A DNA stretch of 63,907 bases, the filler included, from Basidiobolus ranarum (Eukaryota), in the NCBI GenBank assembly GCA_040143965.1. It is 3 parts of 3 records of this genome, joined end to end, with 100 filler letters (N's around TTAATTAATTAA, not from the genome) between each part and the next. Parts side by side here need not be neighbours in the genome. Positions count along the whole stretch, not along the records: positions 21,426 to 42,735 come from JASJQH010000209.1; 2 more parts are not named here. One strand, given 5' to 3'. Under the pieces are notes generated by a model. It worked only from the letters and a program-made list of their open reading frames with translations, was not told where the DNA came from and searched no databases. Positions 25,286 through 37,609 of the stretch are shown here, in pieces; within the stretch, counting starts at the first letter, position 1; every line of letters starts with the position of its first letter. A program made the translations under genes and the position numbers.

Positions 25286-25658
25286 ATGCCATTCCCCAAA
25301 GAAGCTACGGCACCTATTAGAGAGCAAATACAAGACCCCCGTTTGATTGGAAAATACAGAAGACGAATTTTATCTGCCGAGTCTTTAAAACCTACTCTCG
25401 CTTCTAAAGCTATTGGTTTCTTTGCCACCACCTTTTCAGTTGGTATATTCGGCTATTTTGTATTTTATCACGATTTTGGCATGGATTACCATTGCTTTAC
25501 ACCAGTATGTTGTTCATATTTTTTTCATTCAATAGACCTATCATTAACTTGTATCTTGGTTATACTAGATACGTGGCTGGGCTCATCGTAAGCGTCTTGA
25601 GTTTTGGACACTTTCATCTGAGGAAGAACAGGAACTTCGAGAACAGGGCAAAATATAG
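25286..25658 (+). CDS. Small single-TM membrane protein, 2 exons (intron ~25505-25568)
   Basis: GT-AG splice gives ...YFVFYHDFGMDYHCFTPIRGWAHRKRLEFWTLSSEEEQELREQGKI*. Confidence 0.7.
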
Positions 25659-26127
25659 TTCTGAACTCTTTCTCTACTAGCGATTTTTCTCATCAATATG
25701 CATACATATTCTCACATATACAACTCTGGCAACGAGTAACGCGTTTTCAGTTCATAAAGAGAACTCATTTTCCATATTCTCAACGCATATATTCCACTTG
25801 CATCTTACAATACTAATAAACTTGGTGTTGTCGTTCTTCGGATGTTGCAGAGCCGGCATGTGTATTATGGAACGATAATCTGTCAATTGGCACTGATTCT
25901 CTGGAATATCGAGGATGATTGGGATATTCACTCAATTGGAGTAAAGTTCATCGGTAGTATGATGGAGTTATATGTTTATTATATTCACATGTTGGGCAAA
26001 GGAGTTGGTCGATGAATTCAAAAAAATATGGATTGCATATTAGCCTTCGTGTTCAAAGGGTAGTCAAGAAACGTAATGGAATAATTGGTAGTAAAAGGAA
26101 GAGGAATAAAACACGAATGAATTGGAG

Positions 26128-27336
26128 TTACTTTTTTCTAAGTGTAAAATATATAACCACGGCTAGAGCAATCACAATCAGCAAAGCCACAAGAGCCATT
26201 ATTCGATATGTTGACCGATTACTTGAAATGAGTTCCTTACTCTTTTCAAGCTCGCCATTAGCATCGTTCAAATGATCGTTGGTGATCATAATCTTCTCTT
26301 CGACCTGCTGGATCGTCTCTTGTTGCTCTTCGACCATATCATGCACCTGTCTAAATAGTGAATCCAACTCGTTGATCATTCTCGTAATTTCGATGATATC
26401 TTGGTGGCGATCTTTTACTAGTTGTAAGGTTTGATTGGCTTCATTTTTTCTTAAAATCTAAGAAGTATAGAACAATTAGTTTCAGCGAAACCATGTCTAA
26501 CATTTTTTAGTAGTTCTCACTGCATTAGCAAAAACCTGACCACTAGGGTCTCTTTGGATATACTCCTCCACTTCATTGTCAGTCGCTTCAGGATTGACCA
26601 TAGCATAGTGACGTCTTAACATGTTCTTGTAATTCTCTTGACCAATTTGCTCCGTCTCTCGATACCTCCTTAGTGTATTTTCAAGCTGTGCTTTCGCGCT
26701 AGCACACTACAAAAGAGGGCTTTAGATCTTTATTCGGCAATAGAATAGTCAAAAAACTTACTCTTCGTCGACGAAGTTCAACATCGTCTGATTCAAGAAC
26801 GTTTCGATGAAGATCTATAATATAACATGATCAGGTTAGTTTCCCAACACTGTTTGGTCCAGAATTTTCAATTGACATAAATGTATCTTGTATGAGTAAT
26901 ACCTTTCAGATTGCTTTTACATTGCTCCAGCATAAAAGTAGTTTGAGCAGTTAATTCGCGTAATTTTGTTGAATTGGCTAGAGAAATAGAATTAGAGAAT
27001 TCCGAGAGATTTCTATTCGAATGTAAGTACCTGCTGATTCTTCGGCATTCAAAATATCAAGCGAATCTTGGTGGATTTCGTGAATAGCATCAATGTTATT
27101 TTCGATATTTATACGAAGAGCATTGAATTTCTCCAACTATGTTATAAGATATTGAGTATGTACTCTAGCCTTGTGTGATATGACTGTGCTACTGACCGCT
27201 CTATTAAACTCTATCCCAGACATGACTGTGGCAATTCCCTTTTCCATTTGACTTGGTGTCAAACCCTACAAACTCGAGATTTAGATTTGGGAAGAGAGTT
27301 ATGGCCCTTGTTGGTACTCACATTTCGAGCAGTCAT
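26128..27336 (-). CDS. Syntaxin (Qa-SNARE, Sso1-like), paralog 1, multi-exon
   Basis: Habc helices, RHYAMVNPEATDNEVE, SNARE motif RHQDI...ELDSLF...VEEQQE, C-terminal TM. Confidence 0.88.
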
Positions 27337-28312
27337 TTGATTGTAGATGAAGTCGGTATGTCCTTTTGGAAAGAAATGATGATAAGATATCGCGAAAAAG
27401 ATGAGAGTAGTGTGAGCGTTATATATGGCGTCGTCTCCAAACACCAGAGCATATATAGTAAAAATACAGCTCTGCAGAAACAATGAATGATTCAGTTCAG
27501 AATGGTCAAAATCCTAGCCAACTCACATATGAACATGAAACCTTCGCAATCATACTAAAATGGTTAAACTATTTTGGTCTGATTATGGCTGAAGTATTTT
27601 ACCTTATGGTTTCGGTGTATTACAGGAATTGCGGAAGATTTGAAAGCTTTATATATTAATATCAATTGTATGACACCTTGTCCTGATGGTGAGGCTAACA
27701 TAATTTCAAACCCCTGCTGAACTATTAATTACACTGCCACCGAGATGCCTCATGTTATTCAATGGACTTGTCTCTGGGCATTAAAGCTTTCAAAGAATTC
27801 ATTCCCTTCCTTTAGTCACTTGCCCTCGGTACCAACGACTTTGGCCATCAAATCCTTACTTCAATTGATAATTAATGCGCTGCTGAAATCATTATTTCAT
27901 TTATCGATTATTGAGCATGTTCGACATAATGGCTTTGTCACAGAACCCCCTAATCGAAGGTCAACAATCGCTAATCCATATTGTTTTGGAGGCTTAGCAA
28001 TTGGTAGGTGTTAATTAATTTTAGGAAATTTGCAACTCAGCCCCTCGTTTAATGTTAACCCAAGTGGTATCGCAAGATTTAGATTTAATAGGGGCTACTG
28101 GATATCACCTGACATAAGATAATTGGTCAAGTAACTAGACGTGTGACTGGCCTGTGAAGATTTCCCTAACCCTTATCTCGTTGCCAACTAGATAAGGGAT
28201 CACGTCCTCTTATTGGCTTGGTATTATGAGGGGGATTAAATGTACAGTGTACCAGTTCTCTAGAGCTCTGAATCAAAGTTGAAGGTTGCGATTCTGAAGT
28301 AGACTGCTTAGT

Positions 28313-29441
28313 ATGTGAAGATAATTTTCTCTTAAGAATCTATCAGTGAAGGCCATCCAGGTGCTAGACTTTGTTAGCGAAAGTCTACATCAGCTTACTT
28401 TATCTCCATATTAAATAAACTTGAAACAAACTAAACGTATGGCCAGATTTCCAATGCAGTTCTTGATTGCTTGTCTTTCCCAGGACCCACTCTCTAGAGT
28501 GGATTATGAAGCAGCCAGTAAGACTGGTATGATCATGGTACTTAAAGAGATCGCCATTAAAGCCAAATTGAATTTTCAAGCTTTTATACAGGAAACAGTA
28601 CGTGATATTGGCTATACCAGAACGGAGCTAGGTATTTGTTTATTCTGTACTTAATTTAGGAGTATACCGGTCAAGGAATTCCCGCTGAGACATGATTATA
28701 AAGCTTGTAATGCCCTAGTTGTTGCAGAGCAACAGTCTCCAGATATTACTGAAGGTTTAATTCAAATTAGTGGCATTATAGAGGGCATTGGCGTAGGGGA
28801 TTAAGGAATTATGTTCGGTTATACATCTGAAGAAACTAAGGAATTAATGTCACTTACTATTATGCTATCTCATCAACTTATTATGAAATTAAGCGAATTA
28901 CGTAGAGATGGAATTTTATCGTGGTTACATTCAGATATAAAAGCTCAAGTAGCAGTCGAATATTAGAACCACAATGGAGCCATGGTTCCTTTTCGTGTTA
29001 ATAACGCTGTTATTCCCACTCAGTACTCACTTGAGGTTGATGACGAAAGGAAAAAATTAAAGATGAGGCTATACTTGCGAAACTTTTATGGGTGAGCAAG
29101 CGGTATATCATTTGAATGCTTCCGGAAACTTCATTATTGGAGGTCCGCAATACGGATCTACCGAAACGTAAAACCATTGTTGTCACAAATGGTGATTGGA
29201 GTACCCATGGTGGTGGTGCATTTTCTGGAAAAGATTAGTCGAAGGACGATCGTTCTGCTACATACACAGCAGGTTGGATTGCAAAATCATTAGTTACAGC
29301 ACAGACAATTTCGGGTCAAGACCAGGTGTCATCGTTAAAGAACTTGATTTTTGGAAGCCTATATATGGTAAAACTATTTACTGTGTCCGTTTTGGTTGTA
29401 AGGAATTTTCCGGTGAAAAAACAAAAAAACAAAAGTATTAG
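28313..29441 (+). pseudogene. S-adenosylmethionine synthetase (SAM1/SAM2-type) pseudogene
   Basis: ESISEGHP, ACLSQDP.SRV..E...KTGMIMV, EQQSPDI, GVGD*GIMFGY (TAA at 28802), SGNFIIGGPQ, HGGGAFSGK, RPGVIVKELD; frameshifts and a C-terminal deletion. Confidence 0.9.
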
Positions 29442-30012
29442 ATTTCTGTTTGATTCATTATCTCCCATAGTAGAGTTATAACTTCGATGTCATCGCTACA
29501 GTACCAACATTTCATCTATAAACTTGCTTTAGTATGTCCAACCATTGAGTTAGTTAAGTTTTGAGAGAAAACACTAGTCTCCCTATGGTATTGATGTTTC
29601 CACTTCTTTACTTTTAAATGTAGAAGAATCACATAAACATATTTTTGAATCAATTGTGTATTCTTCATTGGCCGTTATCAACAACAAGTCTTTAGGTTTT
29701 GATCCGCAAGGCACTTACTAATGATGTCCAAATAATTCGAGTGTTGCACAGCCAAATTGTTGGCATAACTATCTAAAAGAAACCACTTTTTCTCGAGATA
29801 TAACAATCTGGCGTTACTAATTGCTGATGTATTCAACACGTCTTGGTGAAAAGCGCAAGTATAGAAATAGTGTGACTATGTCGCACAGAAATAAGTCTTA
29901 CGGATTAGGGCGTCCAAAGAAAGGAATAATAATATAGATGTAACATATTTGTTTCTATCGAATATAATCTCACTTTCACCATATAAAAGTTATAAAATTC
30001 AACATCCCAAAT

Positions 30013-30433
30013 ATGCAAAGCGCCCAACAATGTAATAACCAACCTCTTTCCCTATATTGTAAACAAGAACTCCTCTTCGTGGAGTTTCGGCCCGTGGCTT
30101 GTTCGTCGCTCCTCAGCCTCAACTTCATTACGAAGAAGATTTATCTAGATAGGTCTGAAACACTAGACATCTTGACTAAAATAAGTTCTGTCCAAGGGGT
30201 TCTAGCACTTTATATCAATACTACGAATGAGCAACCGGTTGTTGTTTGAAATTTGTTTAGAGTCATCGAATATCTAAGGGGAAGATATCCACAAATCTGT
30301 ACCAAGAAAATCTAGTAATTGTAAAGTGCCTCTCAACTGAATTGAACAGACTTGGTATAATTTTCGCAAGCGTAAGCCAGCATCCTACAGTATACTAATC
30401 AACCTCAGTGTTGTCAAAGTCAGTAGAATTGTG
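30013..30433 (+). CDS. Possible small Roadblock/LC7-like protein or remnant
   Basis: ETLDILTKISSVQGVLALYINTTNEQP resembles the Roadblock N-terminus; exon structure unresolved. Confidence 0.25.
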
Positions 30434-31166
30434 AAAATTCGTGAGCAGTAAAATGACAGTCATCAATAGTATTGAAGATGACGGATTTTTGCCTGATAGA
30501 TTCATCACGAGCGATGCTATATATGCCTCAGTTTACCTGCAACCCCGGAACCACAACATTGATATTAAAGACAAGCTAGTAACAACTATGATCCTATCTA
30601 TGAACGGGAGAGTGACACACCGAAGGAGATTGAGGCTATGCCAAGGTTTGAAGTGGATTGAGACTGGCTAAATGAATGCCAGCTCACTTGAAGCATACAT
30701 TTTTTATTTTACATTCGAATATTTGAAGTTACTATCGCTAATATGGATTGCAGTGAATAACTTTGGACGGTATTTGTGTAAGGCTAGGTGTGATAATTGT
30801 CTCCATGTGATACTAACTCGGCGGTGAAAGACAGATATTTGTAGCAGAAGCACGCTGTGTTGCTTCCTGACTCTTCACCGAAATATACTGCATAGCTGTG
30901 TATGATTTGAGTATCTACCTGTCTACCATTACAATGAGAGTTGCATTGCATACCATCAAAATCACCTGGTTTACTAGTAAATCATCTACGTCTAAGATAT
31001 AGCATAAAAATATTGGGGCTATCTATTAAAATAATCAAAAGCTTCCTGATTGGCTGTAGATTTGTAGTTAGATAGTTTGATTTATTTGGCATGGCTATCG
31101 AGACTCTTTAATACTTACTAAACAGTAGTCGTTCAGCCTTCACTGCAAACTACAGTGTCAAAAAAC

Positions 31167-33391
31167 ATGGCCACTCCCTACAGGAGCTACCTCGCTCCAT
31201 TATGGATATTCTTATTACTATGTATTTGTCAACCCCCAGCTACCCTTGCAATCAAACAGACACTGGTACGTGAAATTTTTATTGTGAAGGACATGTTGCA
31301 AATGAACTTTGAGCGAACACGTTATCCTTTAGACTCAAGCAGATGAGTTCATGCCTTGCCAAGGAATGTATTCCAAATCCTCTATCCCCAATGGGGCTGA
31401 TGCTTACATTTCCTGTAGGTTTTATTTACATCCCTATTTTTATTAGTTATTTGTGTTATTTATCGACTATATTGCGTTATTTGTTTAGTGACCTTCTCAC
31501 CAGAGTCTGAAGGAAAAATATCCACTTTATTTTTTGAATGGAGTGATTTTGAAAACTTGGGCTTAGAAACTTCAGAAGATGGAAAAGTATATTAGATACA
31601 TAACTTACTTTCAAACCATACATTTGCTCACTGAGATTTTCAGAAAACCTATACTTGCGATGAACGTGCCGTTAGAGCAAATGCTTGTACGAAAGAAGAA
31701 CTAGGTTCTTTCATTCATCCCCCAGACGGACCCACTTCTATACAAGTGCAAAATATTATTTTAGGCCCCAAGGTTGATAAGAAAGCATACTTCATTGAGT
31801 ACCCAATTACTAGAACTGGTTACTATTGCGTCAGCGCGAAAGCAATTTCAGGTCATTTCTCTACTACTGTAGATTGGAGAAATCCTTTTGGCCAACTTGC
31901 TTCCTACGACTATCCCAAACTCCCGGTACTTAATTGACTTGATATTGTTCTGTCAAACATATTTCTAACACTGCAAGTGTCTATTCAAAGCTATACGGCC
32001 TTCTAGCAATTGTTTACTTAACTGTAGGGATCGTCTGGTCGATTGGAACCATTCGCTATTGGAGTGAGATTTTACCTGTTCAAGTAATTACTTTTAAATA
32101 TGACCTTCAGCTTATTCCGAGTTAACTCAACTCTTTTGAAGAATTATGTATCTGGATTGATAGCTGTTATAGCTATTGAAATGGGATTCACCTTTGGCTA
32201 TTGGCAGTACTATAACAAACATGGAGAAAAATGTAATATTCCCAATCTATCATCAGAATACTCAGTGTTCTAACCAAAAGCACAGCAATCTTCCTTTTGA
32301 TTATGAGTGTCATCTTTAATGCTGGTCGTGATAGTCTCTCCTTCTTCGTACTGTTAATTGTTTGCCTGGGATATGGTGTTGTTAAGTGAGTAATAATGTA
32401 TTTGTTGGACATAATTTATTTCGCTTACGCCTCTTTTCATAGGCCATCGCTTGGAAGCACAATGAGAAAATGTATAGCTCTTAGTATAGCCCATTTTATT
32501 TTCGGATGCATATATGCATCCAGCGCCGCTTTGAATTCCACCCAACCCGGAAGTCTTGTGGTTCTACTTGCTTCGTTGCCACTCTCACTAGTCTTTACGA
32601 CATTTTATGTTTGGATATCCTTTTAAATTCTCATTCAAATTGCTCACTACCATCATCACTTGTCATGAATGCCTTAACTTGCTCGTACATTCTCCAAGGT
32701 TTGACTAATACTATGCAGGAGCTAGTCGATAAAAAGCAAACAGTGAAGTTGACCATGTACAAATGGCTATGGAGACTGCTTGTTTTTTCCGGTGTTGTTT
32801 TGATTGTTTTCTTTGTGATCAATGTGATGAACTTCCGCTGGAGTGAAGACCCAGATTTGACATCGAAACGCTGGCAAATGGGATGGTTCATGATGGACGG
32901 TTATTTGAATGTTTTGTATTTCATTGTTTTCACCGGAATTATGATCCTATGGAGACCCACAAGCAACAACAGAAGATATCCTTTCATATTACCCTTTACT
33001 TTTGATATAATTGAAACTTGTCATGTTCCTTAACCACTCTCATACGTATGGTCTTCAGGAATTACCCTCCGAAGACGATGACGCCTTTGCGCCAGGTTCT
33101 GAAGAATACCGCGAGGATATTGGCTTCCGTAACCTTGGAGCCGAAAATCCCGAAGACGAACAATTCGATGCCATCTTTGATATTGGAGAGGAGCATGAGA
33201 ATTTTATGGAATGGGCTGGAGATGAAGAATCATTTGATGAGGAAAACGCCAAGAAGTAAGTTGTACCTTTTCCAATGCTAGTTGATCTTCACTTGAGAGC
33301 TCAACAATTACTTGCCATCAACTATAGACCTGAAGAGAGCAATAAGAACAAGCAACGTCAGCCTGATGAACAACCCGAAAGTCAAGCTTAA
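31167..33391 (+). CDS. PTM1/TMEM87-like GOST (lung seven-TM) Golgi protein, multi-exon
   Basis: Signal peptide, TGYYCV, WRNPFGQLASYDYPKLP, LPVQNY, NAGRDSLSFFVLLIV..GYGVV.PSL, LWRPTSNNRRY, acidic tail. Confidence 0.9.
32615..32688 (+). other. U12-type AT-AC intron
   Basis: 5' ATATCCTTT, branch GCCTTAAC, 3' AC; removal joins YVW|ILQG in frame. Confidence 0.9.
32976..33045 (+). other. U12-type AT-AC intron
   Basis: 5' ATATCCTTT, branch TTCCTTAAC, 3' AC; removal gives NNRRYGLQEL in frame. Confidence 0.92.
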
Positions 33392-33817
33392 TTTCATAAT
33401 CTAAAACATATATTTTATCAACCATCTACAAGATGCATCTTTATTCGTTTGCCTTACTATCTTTTTTTAGAAAGAAACCACATCTTTTCCAAGGTTCATT
33501 GATTGGTAACATTTGTAGCGGCCATTTGATTAAAAGTTGATGAAATCTACGCATCAAATGATAATAGGAGCATTCCAGCTAGAACAATAAAAATCGTTCA
33601 CACCATACTTTCACATAGAGAAGTAGGGTTTTTTTGGCCCCGAGTTAGGATTGTGCCGATTGGAATCACTTTGGGATAATATTAATATTCAATCCAATCC
33701 TATTTAATTTACTACTTAAGAATGCAAATTTCATCATGTCATGCCAAATCATGCCAACGCAATTTAAATTAAATCCATTCTGGAAAGATAAGGAACCGCC
33801 TCCCCCCAACACTGACA

Positions 33818-34648
33818 ATGGCCTTAGAATCAAGTACACCTGTTAAGCGTATTGAGTTTCTTTCCCCGGAAGGAATAACTCTCTCGGCCTTGCTCACTGA
33901 GAAGACTAATGCACCTTCTAACCAGGTTGTTATACTTTGTCACGGCTTTTTGAATCATTCGAACTCCAGTATCATCCGTGGGCTGACCAGCCAACTTCCC
34001 TATAATATTTGCGCCGTTGATTTTCGTGGTAACGGATTTAGCACGGGAACTACAAAGTATGGAAATTATCTTGAAGAAGTGGTGGACTTGAAAAACTGGG
34101 TAGACCATCTAAGAGACGCTTTAAACTTTAAAGTGTTGGGCATCGTTGGGCATTCTAAGGGTGGCTCAGTAGTGTTACTCTATGCGTCAAAATACAACCA
34201 GGTTCCATTGATAGTTAATATAGCTGCCAGGTTTGATATGTCTGACTTGCCTATGCATAGATTTACTGCGGAACAGTTGACGGAACTAGAGGAGAAGGGA
34301 TGTTTTGTTTGGCGTAAATACAAGCACAATACCGAAGAAAAAGATTTCATTGTCAGTCAGATGGATCTAACGACCAAGAAAAACACAGATATGTCGGTGG
34401 TGAAGAATGTTGACAAAGAACGTGTTCGCGTTCTCTCTGTCCATGGTGAGGAAGATACCATCATACCAGTGGAAGAAGTCAAGATGTATGATCAACTTAT
34501 GGGGCCGAAGCCTCATCATGAAGTTGCTGTCATCACAGAGGCTAGCCATTTCTTCCGAACACCTGAGGAGCAAAAAGAGCTGAGTCAAGCAATCATCAAT
34601 TGGATGGACAAATACTTCAATTGGGCTCAAGATATCTTATTCAATTAG
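33818..34648 (+). CDS. Alpha/beta hydrolase (esterase-like), intronless
   Basis: ILCHG, DFRGNGFS, GHSKG nucleophile elbow, HGEED, terminal catalytic H (ASHFF). Confidence 0.9.
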   Translation: MALESSTPVKRIEFLSPEGITLSALLTEKTNAPSNQVVILCHGFLNHSNSSIIRGLTSQLPYNICAVDFRGNGFSTGTTKYGNYLEEVVDLKNWVDHLRDALNFKVLGIVGHSKGGSVVLLYASKYNQVPLIVNIAARFDMSDLPMHRFTAEQLTELEEKGCFVWRKYKHNTEEKDFIVSQMDLTTKKNTDMSVVKNVDKERVRVLSVHGEEDTIIPVEEVKMYDQLMGPKPHHEVAVITEASHFFRTPEEQKELSQAIINWMDKYFNWAQDILFN

Positions 34649-35396
34649 ATACATCACACTAGAAATCTAGTATGATCCCCTATTAAATTCATATTCTTGA
34701 TAAAGGATTCAAAACCACTCAACTTTCAATTGTCCCATAGTAAAGAAACTCCGCATCATCATCCTGATCGGACCATCGGCTTCACAATTTTCGACTTGCA
34801 CATTGAGCCATAGCTTACTGTCACCCTACCTAGAACCTCACTTGATGGAATGAAATATGTCTATCCTGATGATCTGCAGGTTCAACCATCTAATCATGTG
34901 ACTGCACTACTCCTGCACTGCTTGGTTTAGAGAAACAAGCGCTACTAACCATTGTTTGGAAAAGAAGTTTGTAAATAAAACTAAGTAGACCAGCAGTGGT
35001 CATTGGCCATAGAATTATCGTTCTAAACTCTGATTCCCTGAGGTTCATCTCTTCAAATGCAAGATTTGACTTCAATATGTTATGTAATCTGCCCACTGAA
35101 TTAACTGCATGCATTGAAGATGTGACTAGATGCAGCCGAACCAAAGGTATGTATCTCATCAACTTCCTTCATATTAATTTATTAATAGATATATCAATTG
35201 TATAATAAATCTGGATGAAGAAAGTAACTCAAGACTTATTATTATTCTGACTATTCTCTAGCCTTTCCCAATTGTTTGAAACACAGCTGCCTTATATTTG
35301 AATAATTAGATCTTTTCTCCTCAACGTTGTTTCTTTACGATCTCTCTTCACTTTAAAAATTGAAACCACTTCGTTTAATCAGTACACTATCTTAAT

Positions 35397-36930
35397 ATGA
35401 GCAGAGACCGCTTAGCAGGTTTAAAGGTAAAATATCATCAAACTTGTCTATCCTTATTAGGCTAACTAATTTATTAAAGAGTGGATATGCCAACTTAGAA
35501 GACCATGGGGCTTTGGAACTGGGAAGTATTCAACATGACCCTACTACCTCTCTTAATACGTTTCTCGAAGAGGTATGCTAATAGTAACCATTAAAAAAAA
35601 TAGAAAATCATACTAATTCCGTTTACTTGGTACAGGTAACAGAAATAGAAGATGTCATCGCACTTTTTCAACAAAACGTGAAAAAGATTCAAGATCTTCA
35701 TACTAATGTACTGGATGCAGTTAGTGAAGAGCAAACAAATTGTAACTCAAATCACGTATTTATTCTCTCTGTCTTCATTTTCTAATATAAGAACTCTGAC
35801 TATACTTAGCCATCAGTAAACAAACAGATAAACTGGTGTCTGAAACTTTTCAACTGGGAAATAATGTGAAGGAGCGGTTAAAGAGTATGTTTTCACTTCA
35901 TGAGCTCGTTCTTCATTACGCAAACAATCTTGCTGACGCTTTTTCTTTAGCTATGAATTTAGCCAACAGAAAAGCTACTGGTGGACCTGGTCAAGTTCAA
36001 ATAAGAAGGAATAAGGTATAGTTCTCATTGAGTGAATTTTCAAATATTAATAATCCATTCATTGAATTGAATCTAACCTTTCATATGTATGTTTAGTACC
36101 AAGCATTACAGGAAAAATTTGTAGAAGCCATCAAAAGCTATCAAAAGGTAGAGTATGAGTCCAGATCCCGATACAGGGAAAGAATGGAGAGACAATATCG
36201 TATTGGTAAGTGACTATTAACTCCGAATATGAGATGCTTTCGATTATGGAATCTTCATTTTGTATTCATAACTCTTATAAATTGACATAGTCAAACCTGA
36301 CGCCTCTGAAGAAGAAATAGACAAGGTGTTGGATGAAGATGGTGGAAATCAACTCTTTGCTCAAGCAGTAAGTACTATCTTATGACTTACACATTACGTG
36401 CTCCAAATACTGACACAATTATAGTTAATGAGTTCCTCAAGATCTTCCGACGCACGAGACGTTTTAAGAGAAGTTCAGAGTAGACACGATGACATCAAAA
36501 AGATAGAAAAAAGCATTGTGGTATAGCATTAATTTGAACCAAAATCAACATTGTTTCGAAACATCGGCTTGACCTCCACGTTCAATTTGGCACTCTTTAG
36601 GAACTTGCTCGTTTATTCGAAGAAATGCAAACTTTAATCACACTTCAAGACGAGATGATACATCAGATTGATGATCAGATGGAAGCGACAGTAACTCATG
36701 GCGTTGAAGCGAACAAACAGATGGATCAAGCGATAGTGTATGCAGAAGCTAGTAGAAAGGTTAGATATAGCTTTGATTCCGTCAATGATTGGAATCGATG
36801 ATTATTGACCATCTCTCACGTTGTTCTACCTATCTAGAAAAAGTGGTGCTTGCTTATATTTTTCTTATTGCTAATTATAATCATTGCACTTGTTGTATAC
36901 TTTACCCAGTTCCGCAAGCCCACACAATAG
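35397..36930 (+). CDS. Syntaxin (Sso1/2-like), paralog 2, multi-exon
   Basis: MSRDRL N-peptide, RMERQYRIVKPDASEEEI, EVQSRHDDIKKIEKSIVELARLFEEM...Q, SRKKKW plus TM. Confidence 0.93.
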
Positions 36931-37609
36931 GTTAGCCAAGTCTAGAAGTGACCATCAGTTGTATGTGCTAACTAGTCGCATGCTCGTTTATATATCCGTG
37001 TTCGCTCGTGAATCGCTCAGAGCTACCTAGATGAAGTAATTCCATAACCTATCATATGTTTCACACCAAAGTCTCGCTTGATAGAATGGCCAAGTACCCA
37101 AACCATCGATTCCCTTTTGTTTTGACCACTCAGTAGATGCTTTATGTAGAATAACAGTGAAGTATTGTTTATGACTTGAAGTCGTATTAAAGCCTAATTG
37201 AACTATTCTTAATCTGGACTTTTTTCATATTTATCAATAAATCTTATCCGAGATGTTCCCCTGTGCTGCGACATTCCAATCTTAGTATCATATCAAGATC
37301 AACAATTGAATTATTGACCCGATTTAAGCAACGTTTATATTAGCTTGGATATCGGCCGATTGATTGGCAGGTAACATGGCTGAGTTTGGAAGCAAGTGAC
37401 TGCTAGAGGAATTGGAATCTAAGCCAAATCCACAACTAGACAGGGCGATAAGCCGCATCCGTGGCCAGGGAGAATATATTAAGAGTAAAGAAGGGTCTGC
37501 AATGATTGAAAATTCCCTAACTTACTAATTGGCTTCTTTGGAACTTCAATTGAAGCAGGTTGTTTTATATTTCCATTTTTGACAAACTACAATCTTGCCC
37601 TTCCCTAAA

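Noticed and set aside
28100-28210. Cbf1-like TCACGTG sulfur-regulon sites upstream of the SAM pseudogene
   Set aside because: Only imperfect matches (TCACCTG, TCACGTC), expected by chance
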